From NCBI GenBank assembly GCA_963666835.2, contig CAXXGO010000006.1, positions 1,248,001 through 1,312,000 of the forward strand: DNA of 64,000 bases, in the 5' to 3' direction. The translations under genes and the position numbers were made by a program. Origin of the DNA: Phycisphaerae bacterium. GTDB lineage: Bacteria; Planctomycetota; Phycisphaerae; UBA1845. The stretch's first letter is position 1. Each line of letters starts with the position of its first letter. This document shows, one piece after another, positions 1 through 9,728 of this stretch. Under the pieces are notes generated by a model, which saw only the letters and a program-made list of their open reading frames with translations, did not search any database and had not been told where the DNA came from.

Positions 1-662
1 CTACGTACGAAAGCAGCGATACCGACGTTGCGCTCGTTACGGTTGACGGCGCTGTTGTTTGCATCAGTAACGGGGGTGCTGAGATTACGACGCGGTACTT
101 CAACGCTTCGGAAGTGATCGATGTTGCTGTTGAAGAACCGCCGCCGGAATCGATTGCTTTCGGTTCCTCGACTTTGGAGTGTACTGCCGGTGAATCGCAT
201 GCAGTGCAGGTGCTGGCATACTGGGAAGATGGATCGACGACGGACGTTAGCCTCTCCGCCGCGTACCGCTCGACGGATATGTCGGTTGCAACGGTGTATT
301 TCGGGCAGGTATACTGTCGTTCTGAAGGAACCGCGAACATCATTGCATCCGTTTCGGGCGTGACGAGTGTGTTGAGCGTAGGAGTGGATACCGCCGCCTC
401 GAGCGAAGCCGTTGGTCTGTACATCAGCCCTTCGTCTATTGCCTGCAGTGTGTCCGAAACCGCGGAGTTTTCGGTGATCGCAGAGTTCGGAGATGGAAGT
501 CTGGTGGATGTTACGGCCGATAACCGGACACAGTATCAGAGTTCGGACCCCACCGTAGCGCCGGTAGTCCTCGGCCAGGTGTGGTGTGTTCAGCAGGGCC
601 AGGCAATCGTGCAGGCATCGTACGGCGACTTGACGGCTGCGGCCACGGTCACCGTTCCGTAA
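1..662 (+). CDS. C-terminal part of a protein with tandem bacterial Ig-like (Big_2-like) domains; 5' end outside window
   Basis: Frame is open from base 3 (TYESSDTDVALV...). Repeated 'DGS..DV....Y.SSD..VA.V..G.V.C...G.A.I.A' units. Confidence 0.75.
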   Translation, partial: TYESSDTDVALVTVDGAVVCISNGGAEITTRYFNASEVIDVAVEEPPPESIAFGSSTLECTAGESHAVQVLAYWEDGSTTDVSLSAAYRSTDMSVATVYFGQVYCRSEGTANIIASVSGVTSVLSVGVDTAASSEAVGLYISPSSIACSVSETAEFSVIAEFGDGSLVDVTADNRTQYQSSDPTVAPVVLGQVWCVQQGQAIVQASYGDLTAAATVTVP

Positions 663-832
663 CCGAATGATGAAAGAACCCATGGCCGCCAGGTTGTTCG
701 ACTTACAGGAGTTCTATGACGCATTGAATGGTCTGCTCACGCACGTAGCCCAACGTTGCGATATGGTACTGGAGTTTCCGGGCACCGCACCGTAGTGGGC
801 TTGTCGGGGAATGAGTCTCATGAGTTTGCAAG

Positions 833-1597
833 ATGGTAGACGATCGTGACAAAACGCTGAAATGGCATCGCTGCGAGGCCAAGTACCTCGTCAGCGAGGC
901 CCAGGCGGCTGAGATCGGCCGCTACTGCCGGGACTACTTGCCGCCGGACCCGCATGCGCCGGCGGACGCCGGGTTTGCGTACCCGATTCTCTCGGTCTAC
1001 CTCGATTCACCGTCGCGGCTACTCCTTCAGCATACGGTCGATAAACACCCCGAACGCTACAAGCTTCGCGTGCGCACGTATCGCGATCGCCATGCGCCGA
1101 CGAACGGTCTTCCAGAGTACTTCGAAATCAAACGCAAGACCGGAGGGGTCGTGCATAAAACGCGAGCCAGGCTGCGCGCAAGAGACGGCGAGGAGATCCT
1201 CTGGGGCGACCGGAGCCTCCTGACCGGCGAGTGCGACTACGATAGCGCAACCGAGGCCAGTGTACAGGAGTTTGTGGAGCTGCGCAGACGGATCCGCGCG
1301 GAGCCGGTGGTCGGCGTATACTATATGCGCGAGGCCTACGAGGGCGCTTCGGCGGAACGGATTCGGATTACTTTGGACCGCGAACTACACTATGGGCTCC
1401 TCGGTAGACCCGAAGATGGTGGCCGCGATATGTGGTGGCCGGTCAACCCCGGCGGTGTGATTCTCGAGATCAAGTTCACCAATGTGTATCCGTTCTGGGT
1501 TCTGGATATGCTTCGTCGTGTTGAGGTAGATCGGCGCGGCGTTTGCAAGTACCTGATCTGTGCGAGCGGTGCGGGCATCACCATACCGCGAGTATAA
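833..1597 (+). CDS. VTC-domain (polyphosphate polymerase-like, CYTH/TTM fold) protein
   Basis: Motifs R.E.KY, SVYLDSP, RYKLRVRTY, FEIKRK, Y.REAY, RITLD, ILEIKF, CKY. Confidence 0.9.
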   Translation: MVDDRDKTLKWHRCEAKYLVSEAQAAEIGRYCRDYLPPDPHAPADAGFAYPILSVYLDSPSRLLLQHTVDKHPERYKLRVRTYRDRHAPTNGLPEYFEIKRKTGGVVHKTRARLRARDGEEILWGDRSLLTGECDYDSATEASVQEFVELRRRIRAEPVVGVYYMREAYEGASAERIRITLDRELHYGLLGRPEDGGRDMWWPVNPGGVILEIKFTNVYPFWVLDMLRRVEVDRRGVCKYLICASGAGITIPRV

Positions 1598-1624
1598 TAT
1601 GAACTGGAGGTCTTTGTCCGCATC

Positions 1625-2335
1625 ATGGATATGCTTGACGGCTTATTCCAGACAACGCCGGTCTCGGCTACGCGAGCAGGCGAGCATTTGATTCTGGCCC
1701 TTCTGGTCAGCTTTATTGTTGGCCAGGCGAATGCCTGGTGCTACAAGTGGACTCACCGGGGTGTCTCGTACTCGCGAACGTTCACGCAGGCGCTGGTGCT
1801 TATCTCAATAGTTGCGGCGCTTAGTATGTCGCTTGTGGCGTCGAAAGTCCTGGTGGCCGTCGGCCTCATGGGCGGGTTGGCGATTATTCGGTTCCGAACG
1901 GTCGTTCGCGATGCGCGGGATACCGCCTACGTGTTCCTATGTTTGATCTGCGGCATGGCGGCGGGTTTCGGATTTTACGGCACGGCAGTCGTCGGGGCCC
2001 TTGCGGCGAATCTGGTGGCGATCTACCTGCAGTTCACCGGGTTTGGAGCTTGGCACTCCCGAGATAACCTCCTGCGGTTTCAGTGCGACGTATCGTCTGT
2101 CAGGGGAGGTGCCGTCGATCTTCTTCTGGGTGAGTTTTGCCGACGGCGAACGGTGATTTCGGTGGACGAGTCGCCGCCGGCGACCCCCGGCGGTGAGGCA
2201 ACCTGCCAATGTACGTACAAGATTCGGCTGCACGATGCCGAGGAAGGCCCCGAACTCGTGGCGGCCTTGAAAGACAGGTTTCGGATTCACGCAATACACC
2301 TGCTTGTTGAGCAGGAGCACGAGGAAGTGGCTTGA
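1625..2335 (+). CDS. DUF4956 family membrane protein
   Basis: 'GLMGGLAIIRFRTVVRDARDTAYVF...GMAAG' signature, several TM segments, adjacent to the VTC gene. Confidence 0.88.
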   Translation: MDMLDGLFQTTPVSATRAGEHLILALLVSFIVGQANAWCYKWTHRGVSYSRTFTQALVLISIVAALSMSLVASKVLVAVGLMGGLAIIRFRTVVRDARDTAYVFLCLICGMAAGFGFYGTAVVGALAANLVAIYLQFTGFGAWHSRDNLLRFQCDVSSVRGGAVDLLLGEFCRRRTVISVDESPPATPGGEATCQCTYKIRLHDAEEGPELVAALKDRFRIHAIHLLVEQEHEEVA

Positions 2336-3528
2336 GACAAGCAACAAGAACACCTTCTGGCTCGAATGGCAACACGCCCAGGCGACGGAAAAGGCGTCGA
2401 ATCCGCCGATATATGCTGGGTATAATGCCGGTTGCCGTATGGATCGCGGCGATTGTAGCGGCCGTGCATCTGCACCAACGAATCCGCACAGGTACGCTTC
2501 TGACCGCTTTTGCCGAGGATCGGCCTGTGACGATTGCGCACCTGGAGCCCGGTGTCATTCAAAACGTACACGTAGCATTGCACGAACAGGTCCACTGCGG
2601 ACAGGTTCTTATCTCCATTGACGACCGAGAGGAACGTATCCGGCTAGCCGCTATCGAGAAGGACATTGAGCGCCTCGGTGCCGATGTAGTGGCAGCGCAG
2701 GTCAGTATGGCCGCCGGTAACGCCCGGGCAGTTGCTGACGTTGAGGACCTCGCCCGGCGCTTTGCCATAGACCGGGAGGCTGCCCACATCGACTATCTAT
2801 CTCAGTTAGCGATCAACGCCCAAAACCGTATTCTGCTGCATTGGGCCGACGTAGAGCTGCAAATCACTCAGGGCTTGCGCGATCAAGACAGTGCCACATA
2901 CCGTGAATTCAACAAGGCTGAGACCGAGGCCAAGTCACTGCGGGCAGAGCTTGAAAGAGGGATGGATGTTCTGAACCGGAAAAAAACCGCATTCGACGAA
3001 GCGGATCAGCGTTGGTTCCGGTTTACCCAGAGAGAGGACGTGGCCACCACGTTTGAACCGGTACTTACGCCTTTACGGCTGTCGATCGAGGTGCGAAGAC
3101 GAGACTTAGAGGAAGTTGTGCGCACAATCGATGCTCATGTCCTGCGAGCGCCGATAGACGGACAGGTGACGGGGCTTCTCGCCCGTGCCGGCGATACAAT
3201 CCGGGCAGGTGATCCGCTGGCCATGGTCTCGCCAAACAGCAGCAACCGCGTAGTAGCCTATCTCCCCGAGCATATGGTCCTCTCCACGCGGGTGGGAGCG
3301 CCGGTTACCGTTGAATGCACTGCCGGGGCCGACGGAGTACGCCGGGCGTATCCCGGAACCATTGTCAGTCAGTCGGCTACCGTCGCTGAGGCTCCGCCGC
3401 GCTATCGGCTAGCGCCGACGTATCCCGTATGGGGGCGCGCCGTGGTTGCGGCTCTCGACGGCGATGTTCGTCTGATCCCCGGGGAGGCCGTGACGATTAG
3501 CCTCGATTCGGGCGGAAACACGGAGTGA
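2332..3528 (+). CDS. HlyD-family periplasmic adaptor (membrane fusion protein)
   Basis: N-terminal TM segment, lipoyl half-motifs (GVIQNVHV...GQVL; LRAPIDGQV...G), long coiled coil. Confidence 0.8.
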   Translation: MRQATRTPSGSNGNTPRRRKRRRIRRYMLGIMPVAVWIAAIVAAVHLHQRIRTGTLLTAFAEDRPVTIAHLEPGVIQNVHVALHEQVHCGQVLISIDDREERIRLAAIEKDIERLGADVVAAQVSMAAGNARAVADVEDLARRFAIDREAAHIDYLSQLAINAQNRILLHWADVELQITQGLRDQDSATYREFNKAETEAKSLRAELERGMDVLNRKKTAFDEADQRWFRFTQREDVATTFEPVLTPLRLSIEVRRRDLEEVVRTIDAHVLRAPIDGQVTGLLARAGDTIRAGDPLAMVSPNSSNRVVAYLPEHMVLSTRVGAPVTVECTAGADGVRRAYPGTIVSQSATVAEAPPRYRLAPTYPVWGRAVVAALDGDVRLIPGEAVTISLDSGGNTE

Positions 3529-3606
3529 GAGCTGGCATCGTTATGAGGACAAGCGACTATCGTTACCTGAGACACCACCGCCTGCCGGATTCGCGACCCT
3601 GATAAC

Positions 3607-3622
3607 TGACAAGAATCTGACA
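3607..3622. promoter_or_regulatory. TGACA-N6-TGACA direct repeat, candidate OmpR/PhoB-family operator
   Basis: ctgacaagaatctgaca has an 11-bp period; the reverse strand reads TGTCA-N6-TGTCA, like a Pho box core. Confidence 0.3.
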
Positions 3623-3678
3623 TTAAAGCAACATGCTGCCGGCGCGTTTGCCCGAGCTTCTCAAACTGGAGAATAACT

Positions 3679-5568
3679 GTGCTTCGTGAAAACCTACCGC
3701 CGACCAGGAAGATTGCCTACCGTTCCCCGTGGAATGCTGTGACCTGCAGACGCATACTCTCTTTGCTGGTTTGCGTGTGCCTGGCGTCGTTCCTTGGAGC
3801 ATGCGGTAGCGGTCTTTCGCAACTACCGTTCAACGACGAACCGATTGACGGTGGTGCGGATAACAACATGGTCGACGACGATGCCAACGGCGACGTTTAT
3901 GACGATTCAATAGACGATACATCTGCGGACAACGCGGAACAGCACGATGACGCGGACGATTATGTATATGACGACGATGCTGTTACCGAAGTTACGTTGA
4001 ACGGCAATCCCATATCCGTATCCGGAAACGGCGCAAGCGTTGACGGTAGCACCGTGACTATAACCGCCCCGGGCACATACAACATCGCCGGTTCTCTCGA
4101 CGATGGACAGATTATCGTCGATACCGGTGATGCCGACAGCGAAGACGCGGTTCAGCTCGTTTTAGATGGCGTCGATATTAACAGTTCCACGACGGCGCCT
4201 ATTTATGTAGTCGAGGCAGCCAAAGCAATCATCATTCTGGCGGAAGACAGCGATAACTATATTACAGACGGCGCATCGTATCTTCTCGATGATCCGGAAA
4301 GCGACGAACCCAACGCGGCGGTATTCAGTAAGGGCGCCCTCAGTATCTCCGGCGAGGGGTCTCTCACGGTTGATGCCAACTACAACGACGGAATCGCCAG
4401 CAAGGACGGCCTTATTATCGAGAGTGGGGTGATCACCGTTTGCTCGGCAGATGATGGGATACGGGGTAAGGACTATGTAATCGTCAAAGGCGGCACGATC
4501 ACGATTGATGCCGAGGGCGATGGTATCAAGTCGGATAACGATGGAGATAATACCAAGGGCTACATTTCGATTGAGGCCGGCATGATCGACGTTACCGCCG
4601 GAGCCGACGCTCTTGATGCCGCGACGGATGTTCTGGTCGCTGGTGGAGATATGGTCTTGGTCGCGGGCGGCGGCAGTAACGGTTACAACTTTGCCGGAAG
4701 TGAGTCGCTAAAAGGGATCAAGGGCAGTGTTAGTGTGATTATCGATGGCGGTACGATCGATATTGACTCTGCCGATGACGCGGTACATTCGAATGGTAGC
4801 GTGACGATTAATGGAGGGTCATTCGTGATCTCCACCGGCGATGACGGCGTTCACGGCGACGCGAGTGTCGAAGTCAACGGCGGGGAGATTACCATTCTGG
4901 AATCGTATGAGGGAATCGAAAGTCGCTCGGTCGTCTCGATTAACGACGGGACCATCGATATTGTCGCGAGTGATGACGGCCTGAACGTGGCCGGGGGTGT
5001 TGATGGCTCCGGGTTCCGTCCGGGTAGACCGGACGACTTCATGACGTCGGGGGATTGTCATCTGTACATCAACGGCGGCAGCATTGTGGTCGATGCCGAC
5101 GGGGATGGTATCGATGTGAACGGCACCGTGACGATGAAAGGTGGCACCGTGGTCGTCAGCGGCCCCACGTCGGATGCGAACGGGGCTCTGGATCACGGGT
5201 CGTTTACGATCGACGGAGGTGTGCTGGTGGCCGCGGGCAGCGCCGGCATGGCCCAGGGACCCGGGTCGGGATCGAGCCAGTACTCGGTGCAGTTGACGCT
5301 GGGATCTTCACTCCGGGGCGGGACGGTGTTCTACGTGGAAACGAGCAGTGGTGAAGGGCTGTTCTGCGTTGCGCCCGAGAAGCAATACCGGTCAGTAGCG
5401 TTCTCGTCGCCGGAGCTGGAAATGGGTGCGACGTATAATGTGTATTATGGGGGAAGCGTAACCGGGGAGCCAACGGACGGGTTCTATCAAGATGGAACGT
5501 ACACGCCGGGGACGACTGGTTTCAGCTTGCAGATCTCCGGCACGGTTACGAGAATCAATACCCGGTAG
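3679..5568 (+). CDS. Cthe_2159/DUF4353-type carbohydrate-binding beta-helix lipoprotein
   Basis: LGAC lipobox, acidic linker, 'ITAPGTYNIAGSLDDGQI', repeated DDGI/GDGI coils, 'GDGIDVNG...GALD'. Confidence 0.88.
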   Translation: MLRENLPPTRKIAYRSPWNAVTCRRILSLLVCVCLASFLGACGSGLSQLPFNDEPIDGGADNNMVDDDANGDVYDDSIDDTSADNAEQHDDADDYVYDDDAVTEVTLNGNPISVSGNGASVDGSTVTITAPGTYNIAGSLDDGQIIVDTGDADSEDAVQLVLDGVDINSSTTAPIYVVEAAKAIIILAEDSDNYITDGASYLLDDPESDEPNAAVFSKGALSISGEGSLTVDANYNDGIASKDGLIIESGVITVCSADDGIRGKDYVIVKGGTITIDAEGDGIKSDNDGDNTKGYISIEAGMIDVTAGADALDAATDVLVAGGDMVLVAGGGSNGYNFAGSESLKGIKGSVSVIIDGGTIDIDSADDAVHSNGSVTINGGSFVISTGDDGVHGDASVEVNGGEITILESYEGIESRSVVSINDGTIDIVASDDGLNVAGGVDGSGFRPGRPDDFMTSGDCHLYINGGSIVVDADGDGIDVNGTVTMKGGTVVVSGPTSDANGALDHGSFTIDGGVLVAAGSAGMAQGPGSGSSQYSVQLTLGSSLRGGTVFYVETSSGEGLFCVAPEKQYRSVAFSSPELEMGATYNVYYGGSVTGEPTDGFYQDGTYTPGTTGFSLQISGTVTRINTR

Positions 5569-5743
5569 GGCAGGATACGGTTTCAGACGGGTGCGCTCGG
5601 TCAAGAGTACAAACCACAAACCAACTTAGTGCCAGGGCTTAGCCCCGGCGCGGAAGCGCGTTGTATTACTGTGACGTCGCCCAGAAAAGGGCGGTGTGAC
5701 AGTGGTTTACGCTCGTTTATGCGAAGGTCATGAACAACCCGGG

Positions 5744-6421
5744 CTAGGCGGCGACGCGCCGACGCTGCAGCCGGGCGATACCGGCGAGTGTCAGGGCAAA
5801 CAGAACCACCGAGGTTGGTTCCGGAACCATGTAGGTTCGAAAGGTCATGTCGCAGGCCACGCCCATACCCGCATACGTTGCTCCGCCGTCGAGACTCAAA
5901 AACGCCCCGCCGGTTGCGTAGGCGTCGGAGTCTGCAGAGCCCCAAGAGAACATCTCACAAACAGTCGCGTCGGGCGAACGGAGCACGAGCGCGTACTCGG
6001 TCCCAAGGGTCAGTTCCGGCATAGAGCCTGAGAAGTCGAAAGAGACCTGCACTGCGAAGTCCGGATCAGGGCCGGGATTCGGCACCTGTTCCGCGAGTAT
6101 CATTACCGAACCGAGCGACGATGCCGGCGCATTCGGAACACCGTCAGTTGTCGGGACGATATCCAACATTACATCGTGCTTGGTATCCAGATTACCGGTG
6201 ATCCGCGGGCCCTCCGGATAGCCGAGGATATCCACCCGAGCAAGAGAGCCGGTTACTTGCGGTACGAAAGTCTGCGCGACGGCGTATTGTTCGCTCAGAC
6301 CCACTCCGCTGTTGTGGGTCCACTGCTCCTGATCCAGAATGAGGCCGGCGTATGAACCGCTCGCGCCCGCGGTTAGCGCGGCAATACCCATTAGAACAAC
6401 GAGTGAATGAAATCGTTTCAT
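5744..6421 (-). CDS. PEP-CTERM sorting-domain protein
   Basis: Signal peptide MKRFHSLVVL..., beta-sandwich 'AVAQTF...YALVL...DMTFRTY', C-terminal VPEPT + TM + RRR. Confidence 0.88.
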   Translation of the reverse strand: MKRFHSLVVLMGIAALTAGASGSYAGLILDQEQWTHNSGVGLSEQYAVAQTFVPQVTGSLARVDILGYPEGPRITGNLDTKHDVMLDIVPTTDGVPNAPASSLGSVMILAEQVPNPGPDPDFAVQVSFDFSGSMPELTLGTEYALVLRSPDATVCEMFSWGSADSDAYATGGAFLSLDGGATYAGMGVACDMTFRTYMVPEPTSVVLFALTLAGIARLQRRRVAA

Positions 6422-6794
6422 AGACGCCCCTCCTGCGCACTTAGCTAGCCCCAACAGCGATCATCGCACGGCACCACCGCGCCGACCGGTCCCTCACCGA
6501 ACGCAGTCGTTCAAGCCCTGACCCCCGGCGGGATTGAACTGATGCCACCCGAACACGCCGGTAAGTCTAGCGACGTAGACCGCGGCCGCAAGCGGTCCTG
6601 ACCGCCGCGGCCATGAGGAGTCGTCCCCCTCGCGGCACCCCGATGACCTACTGCGCCGGAACGCACTCAGACAGCATGAATGACGGGCTCGGTGCTATCC
6701 CACGTGGTGCGGTGTTGCATCGTGCGGCGCGTTAACGCCGTGCGCGTACCACCGTGTGGCGCCCGCGTACCGGCGGCCTAGCTTGGCCGGGGTG

Positions 6795-7100
6795 GGTCGC
6801 CATCGTCCACGCTTGCGTGGCCATGGTGCGCATGCCGTAGGGCAGATGAGCAGATGAACGTGTTCGCGTATGACGACGCAGGCCCACAAATGGAAACCGC
6901 GCTTGCCCCGAAGGGGCACAGGTGTGTAGCCAGGCGGCGCAAGCCCCTGGTGAGGGTGCGGTCAATATCGATCAGGCCCGAAGGGGCGGCAGAAGCGAAC
7001 GAGCGCGCAGGAAGAGCCTATCGCGTCCCCCCACTGCCACGAGATAGCGTGTCACGAGCGGTACATCTGGGAATGATGGCGCGATCCGATTGCGGAGTCT
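6795..7100. repeat. Small cluster of REP-like palindromes
   Basis: ccacgcttgcgtggccatg (same family as at 26.4-26.8 kb) and gccccgaaggggc...tagccagg...aagcccctgg. Confidence 0.6.
6838..6900 (-). pseudogene. Remnant of a RAYT/IS200-like HUH transposase
   Basis: Translates to GFHLWACVVIREHVHLLICP, resembling the (Y/W)VIMPEHVHLLI HUH motif; flanked by REP palindromes. Confidence 0.55.
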
Positions 7101-7239
7101 GCCGCCCGTTGGGCTTGCCGACCGCGCGATGATCCCGTTCTATAAGGCGGGGACTCCGGCAAACGCGCGCGTTGTTCTACACATTATCGCCCCGGTTGGT
7201 CCGGATGCTGCACGATAGGAAGTTGGTATACTGGCTCTC

Positions 7240-7650
7240 ATGCGGCGGCGCGCGTGGGTCAGACGGTTGCTGAAATGGACGGGGCTGGCGGTCTGCCTGC
7301 TCATCGGGACGGTGTGGGCGGTCTCCTGTACGCCCCTCATCATTGCGCATCTCCATTCGAGTGGCGGGACCGTGTTTATCGACGGCTGCATCCGCCCAAC
7401 ATACAGTGGTGCTGCGCCCGTGGGCTGGAATGGCCGGGACGGGTGGCGGGTGCTATGCGCAGGCATGAGCCCTGCTATCGGCGATATCTTCATTCCACTG
7501 TGGTTGCCGTTTCTTCTTGTCGGCGTACCGACTGGTTGGCTGTGGTGGCGAGATCGATACCGCCCGCCGCCGGGCCACTGCCGAAGCTGCGGCTACAATC
7601 TGACCGGCAACGTCAGCGGGCAGTGTTCGGAATGTGGGGAGCAGGTATGA
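7240..7650 (+). CDS. Small membrane protein with C-terminal zinc ribbon
   Basis: Two TM segments then PPGHCRSCGYNLTGNVSGQCSECG. Confidence 0.8.
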   Translation: MRRRAWVRRLLKWTGLAVCLLIGTVWAVSCTPLIIAHLHSSGGTVFIDGCIRPTYSGAAPVGWNGRDGWRVLCAGMSPAIGDIFIPLWLPFLLVGVPTGWLWWRDRYRPPPGHCRSCGYNLTGNVSGQCSECGEQV

Positions 7651-8303
7651 CAGAGGTATCCCGCGCGCGGAATCCACGGGACATCTTGCTCGGAGCCAAG
7701 ATAGTCGGGGGATCGCTGGTCGCTGGGGGCGTGGTGCTCATCAGCGAGTATCTCACTGTCAGTTCCATCGGGTTCAGGCATGTCTGGACAGTGCAGTTCA
7801 TTGCCATGATGCTGGCAGGACTTGTGATGCTGGCCATGCCCGTCATCGTATCTTGGTGCCTGGTGACGAGGCGGAGGCGCACGGCCCTCGTGGCGTTTGT
7901 CTCCTGCCTTCTCGGAATGGGTATATTGGTTACCTCGATGCGGCTGAAAGAACGGGTCCGCATGAGCGCGTTCGCCAAACTGGCGGAACGAAGCGCTGAA
8001 CTCGTAGAAGCGATCAAAGCGTACGAGCGGATTCATGGGGAGCCCCCTGCATCGCTAAGTGCGCTGGTGCCCAAGTTCATCGCCGCGATTCCCAAGACGG
8101 GGATCGGCGCCTACCCGACGTATCGGTATCACGTCGGCAAAACACAGCGGTGGGACGGCAATCCGTGGGTGCTGTCTGTTTTTGCATCCAAGGGTGTGCT
8201 GAACTTCGACGAATTCCTGTGCTACCCTCTGCAGAACTATCCAGCGACTCGGTGCGGCAATCGTCTGGAGCGGGTCGGTGATTGGGCGTACCTGCACGAG
8301 TAG
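7647..8303 (+). CDS. Hypothetical membrane protein
   Basis: ATGA overlap with the upstream stop; three TM segments then 'AIKAYERIHGEPPASLSALVPKFI', a pilin-like helix motif. Confidence 0.65.
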   Translation: MTEVSRARNPRDILLGAKIVGGSLVAGGVVLISEYLTVSSIGFRHVWTVQFIAMMLAGLVMLAMPVIVSWCLVTRRRRTALVAFVSCLLGMGILVTSMRLKERVRMSAFAKLAERSAELVEAIKAYERIHGEPPASLSALVPKFIAAIPKTGIGAYPTYRYHVGKTQRWDGNPWVLSVFASKGVLNFDEFLCYPLQNYPATRCGNRLERVGDWAYLHE

Positions 8304-8418
8304 TCGGTCATTTCGCTGAAGATCCAACGCCTCGGCCGGAGGCAACGACGGGCGCGCCGAAAGATGACCGAATCTGCTCGCCGACGCAGATGCGAGTATT
8401 TCGGCAAAGGAGTGAGCA

Positions 8419-9111
8419 ATGAAGGAAGTCGAGGACTGGAGACGGCGATTCGCCAGGAAAGCGAGCCGTATGACCGTGGGTGGCTCCCGCCCACCGGACA
8501 ATCCGGCGACTTCGTGGTTCGGGCGAGTGTCTTTGGCTGAGCCTGCGGAGATGTGGCCCGTCTGCCAGGGTCGCTTGATGTGGCCTCTGCTTCAGATCGT
8601 AGTGCGGGAGCTTCCGTTCTGCCCCGCGTCATTGAGCGACATTGCCGTCATCCGTGTGTTCATCGATCCCAGGTTCTACGAATTGAACACGGACGCAGGG
8701 GAAGGTTGGGCGGTCCGTACCTCAGCGACGCTTGAGGGGCTCGACGTCATCACCGAGCCGGCCCACGAGAGTAAGATCAGGCCGTTTCCGGGACGATGGG
8801 AGTTAGTCGAGGCCGACTACCCAACGCACGATGATCTACCCTGGGATTCTCCAAGCGCGCTCCGCGATTCCTACTACGAACTCGGCTTCGAGAACGTGGG
8901 GGGGACGAAGGTCGGAGGGTGGCCATCTAATGTCCAGTCGGAGATCTTCTGGGCGCCAATGAACAAGCACCCCCACAATCCACAGTATGCGTTCCAGATT
9001 GATACGGAGCCGAAGGCTCATTGGATGTGGGGTGACAGTGGTGTCGGTTACTTCGGTCGTGGAACAGGAGTGCACCAAGATGAGTGGGCCATGTCGTGGC
9101 AGTGCTGCTGA
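8419..9111 (+). CDS. YwqG/DUF1963 family protein
   Basis: SD aaggag; 'TKVGGWP..VQ...FQID...WMWGDSGVGYF...WQCC'. Confidence 0.8.
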   Translation: MKEVEDWRRRFARKASRMTVGGSRPPDNPATSWFGRVSLAEPAEMWPVCQGRLMWPLLQIVVRELPFCPASLSDIAVIRVFIDPRFYELNTDAGEGWAVRTSATLEGLDVITEPAHESKIRPFPGRWELVEADYPTHDDLPWDSPSALRDSYYELGFENVGGTKVGGWPSNVQSEIFWAPMNKHPHNPQYAFQIDTEPKAHWMWGDSGVGYFGRGTGVHQDEWAMSWQCC

Positions 9112-9191
9112 TCCGGAGTCGTTCAACACGACTGCGATAGTCCTGGAAGCTGAATCCTCGCGAGGTGGCCGTTGACCGGGAGCAATGTCGA

Positions 9192-9728
9192 ATGAGCAGA
9201 GTCCCTTGGGCAGCAATCGTCCTAGCGCTGGTGACAACAACCGTTGGCCTCTGGCTGCGGATCGGGGAGTTCTATTACTTGCAGCAACGGCTCCTGGACC
9301 TCCTCATTGTCGGCACTGTGTCATTAACCGTCCTTCTCTTAGTTCGTGCGCTCGGGCGTCATTCTCGGCGTCGTCCTCATGCCTCGTTCGCTTCTGTGGG
9401 CGTGTGGGCGATCACGGCTTTGCTTCTCATGGCGTGCTCGTTCGAAACGGAGCAGGCGAACGTCTGTAAGAACAATGCCTATCTGGCCAGACTGGCCGGG
9501 ATCGTGATTGAATACGAGCTGGTCAATGGTCAGATTCCGGAGTCCTTTGACGTGGCGTTACGCGCCTCCGGGCAACGGCTCCCCAATCGTGGCGACGCGG
9601 ACGGACGGAGCATCGTCTACGAGCGAACCGGCGATCGCTCATTCGCAATCCGCTCGGCCTCGCGAGAGAACATCCTGGCCGAGTACCGTGACGGCGTGTT
9701 GGTGCCCGGGGATTATGAGGCGCGGTAA
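9192..9728 (+). CDS. Hypothetical membrane protein
   Basis: Three hydrophobic segments and a soluble C-terminus; co-oriented with upstream genes. Confidence 0.55.
   Translation: MSRVPWAAIVLALVTTTVGLWLRIGEFYYLQQRLLDLLIVGTVSLTVLLLVRALGRHSRRRPHASFASVGVWAITALLLMACSFETEQANVCKNNAYLARLAGIVIEYELVNGQIPESFDVALRASGQRLPNRGDADGRSIVYERTGDRSFAIRSASRENILAEYRDGVLVPGDYEAR

Noticed and set aside
6516..6540. tRNA 3'-end/att-like fragment (gttcaatcccgccgggggtca on the minus strand)
   Set aside because: The T-stem does not pair, there is no cloverleaf, and no partner repeat or integrase is in the window.
8303..8418. Integron attC site
   Set aside because: Only an imperfect hairpin (tcggtcat...atgaccga); lacks RYYYAAC/GTTRRRY ends.
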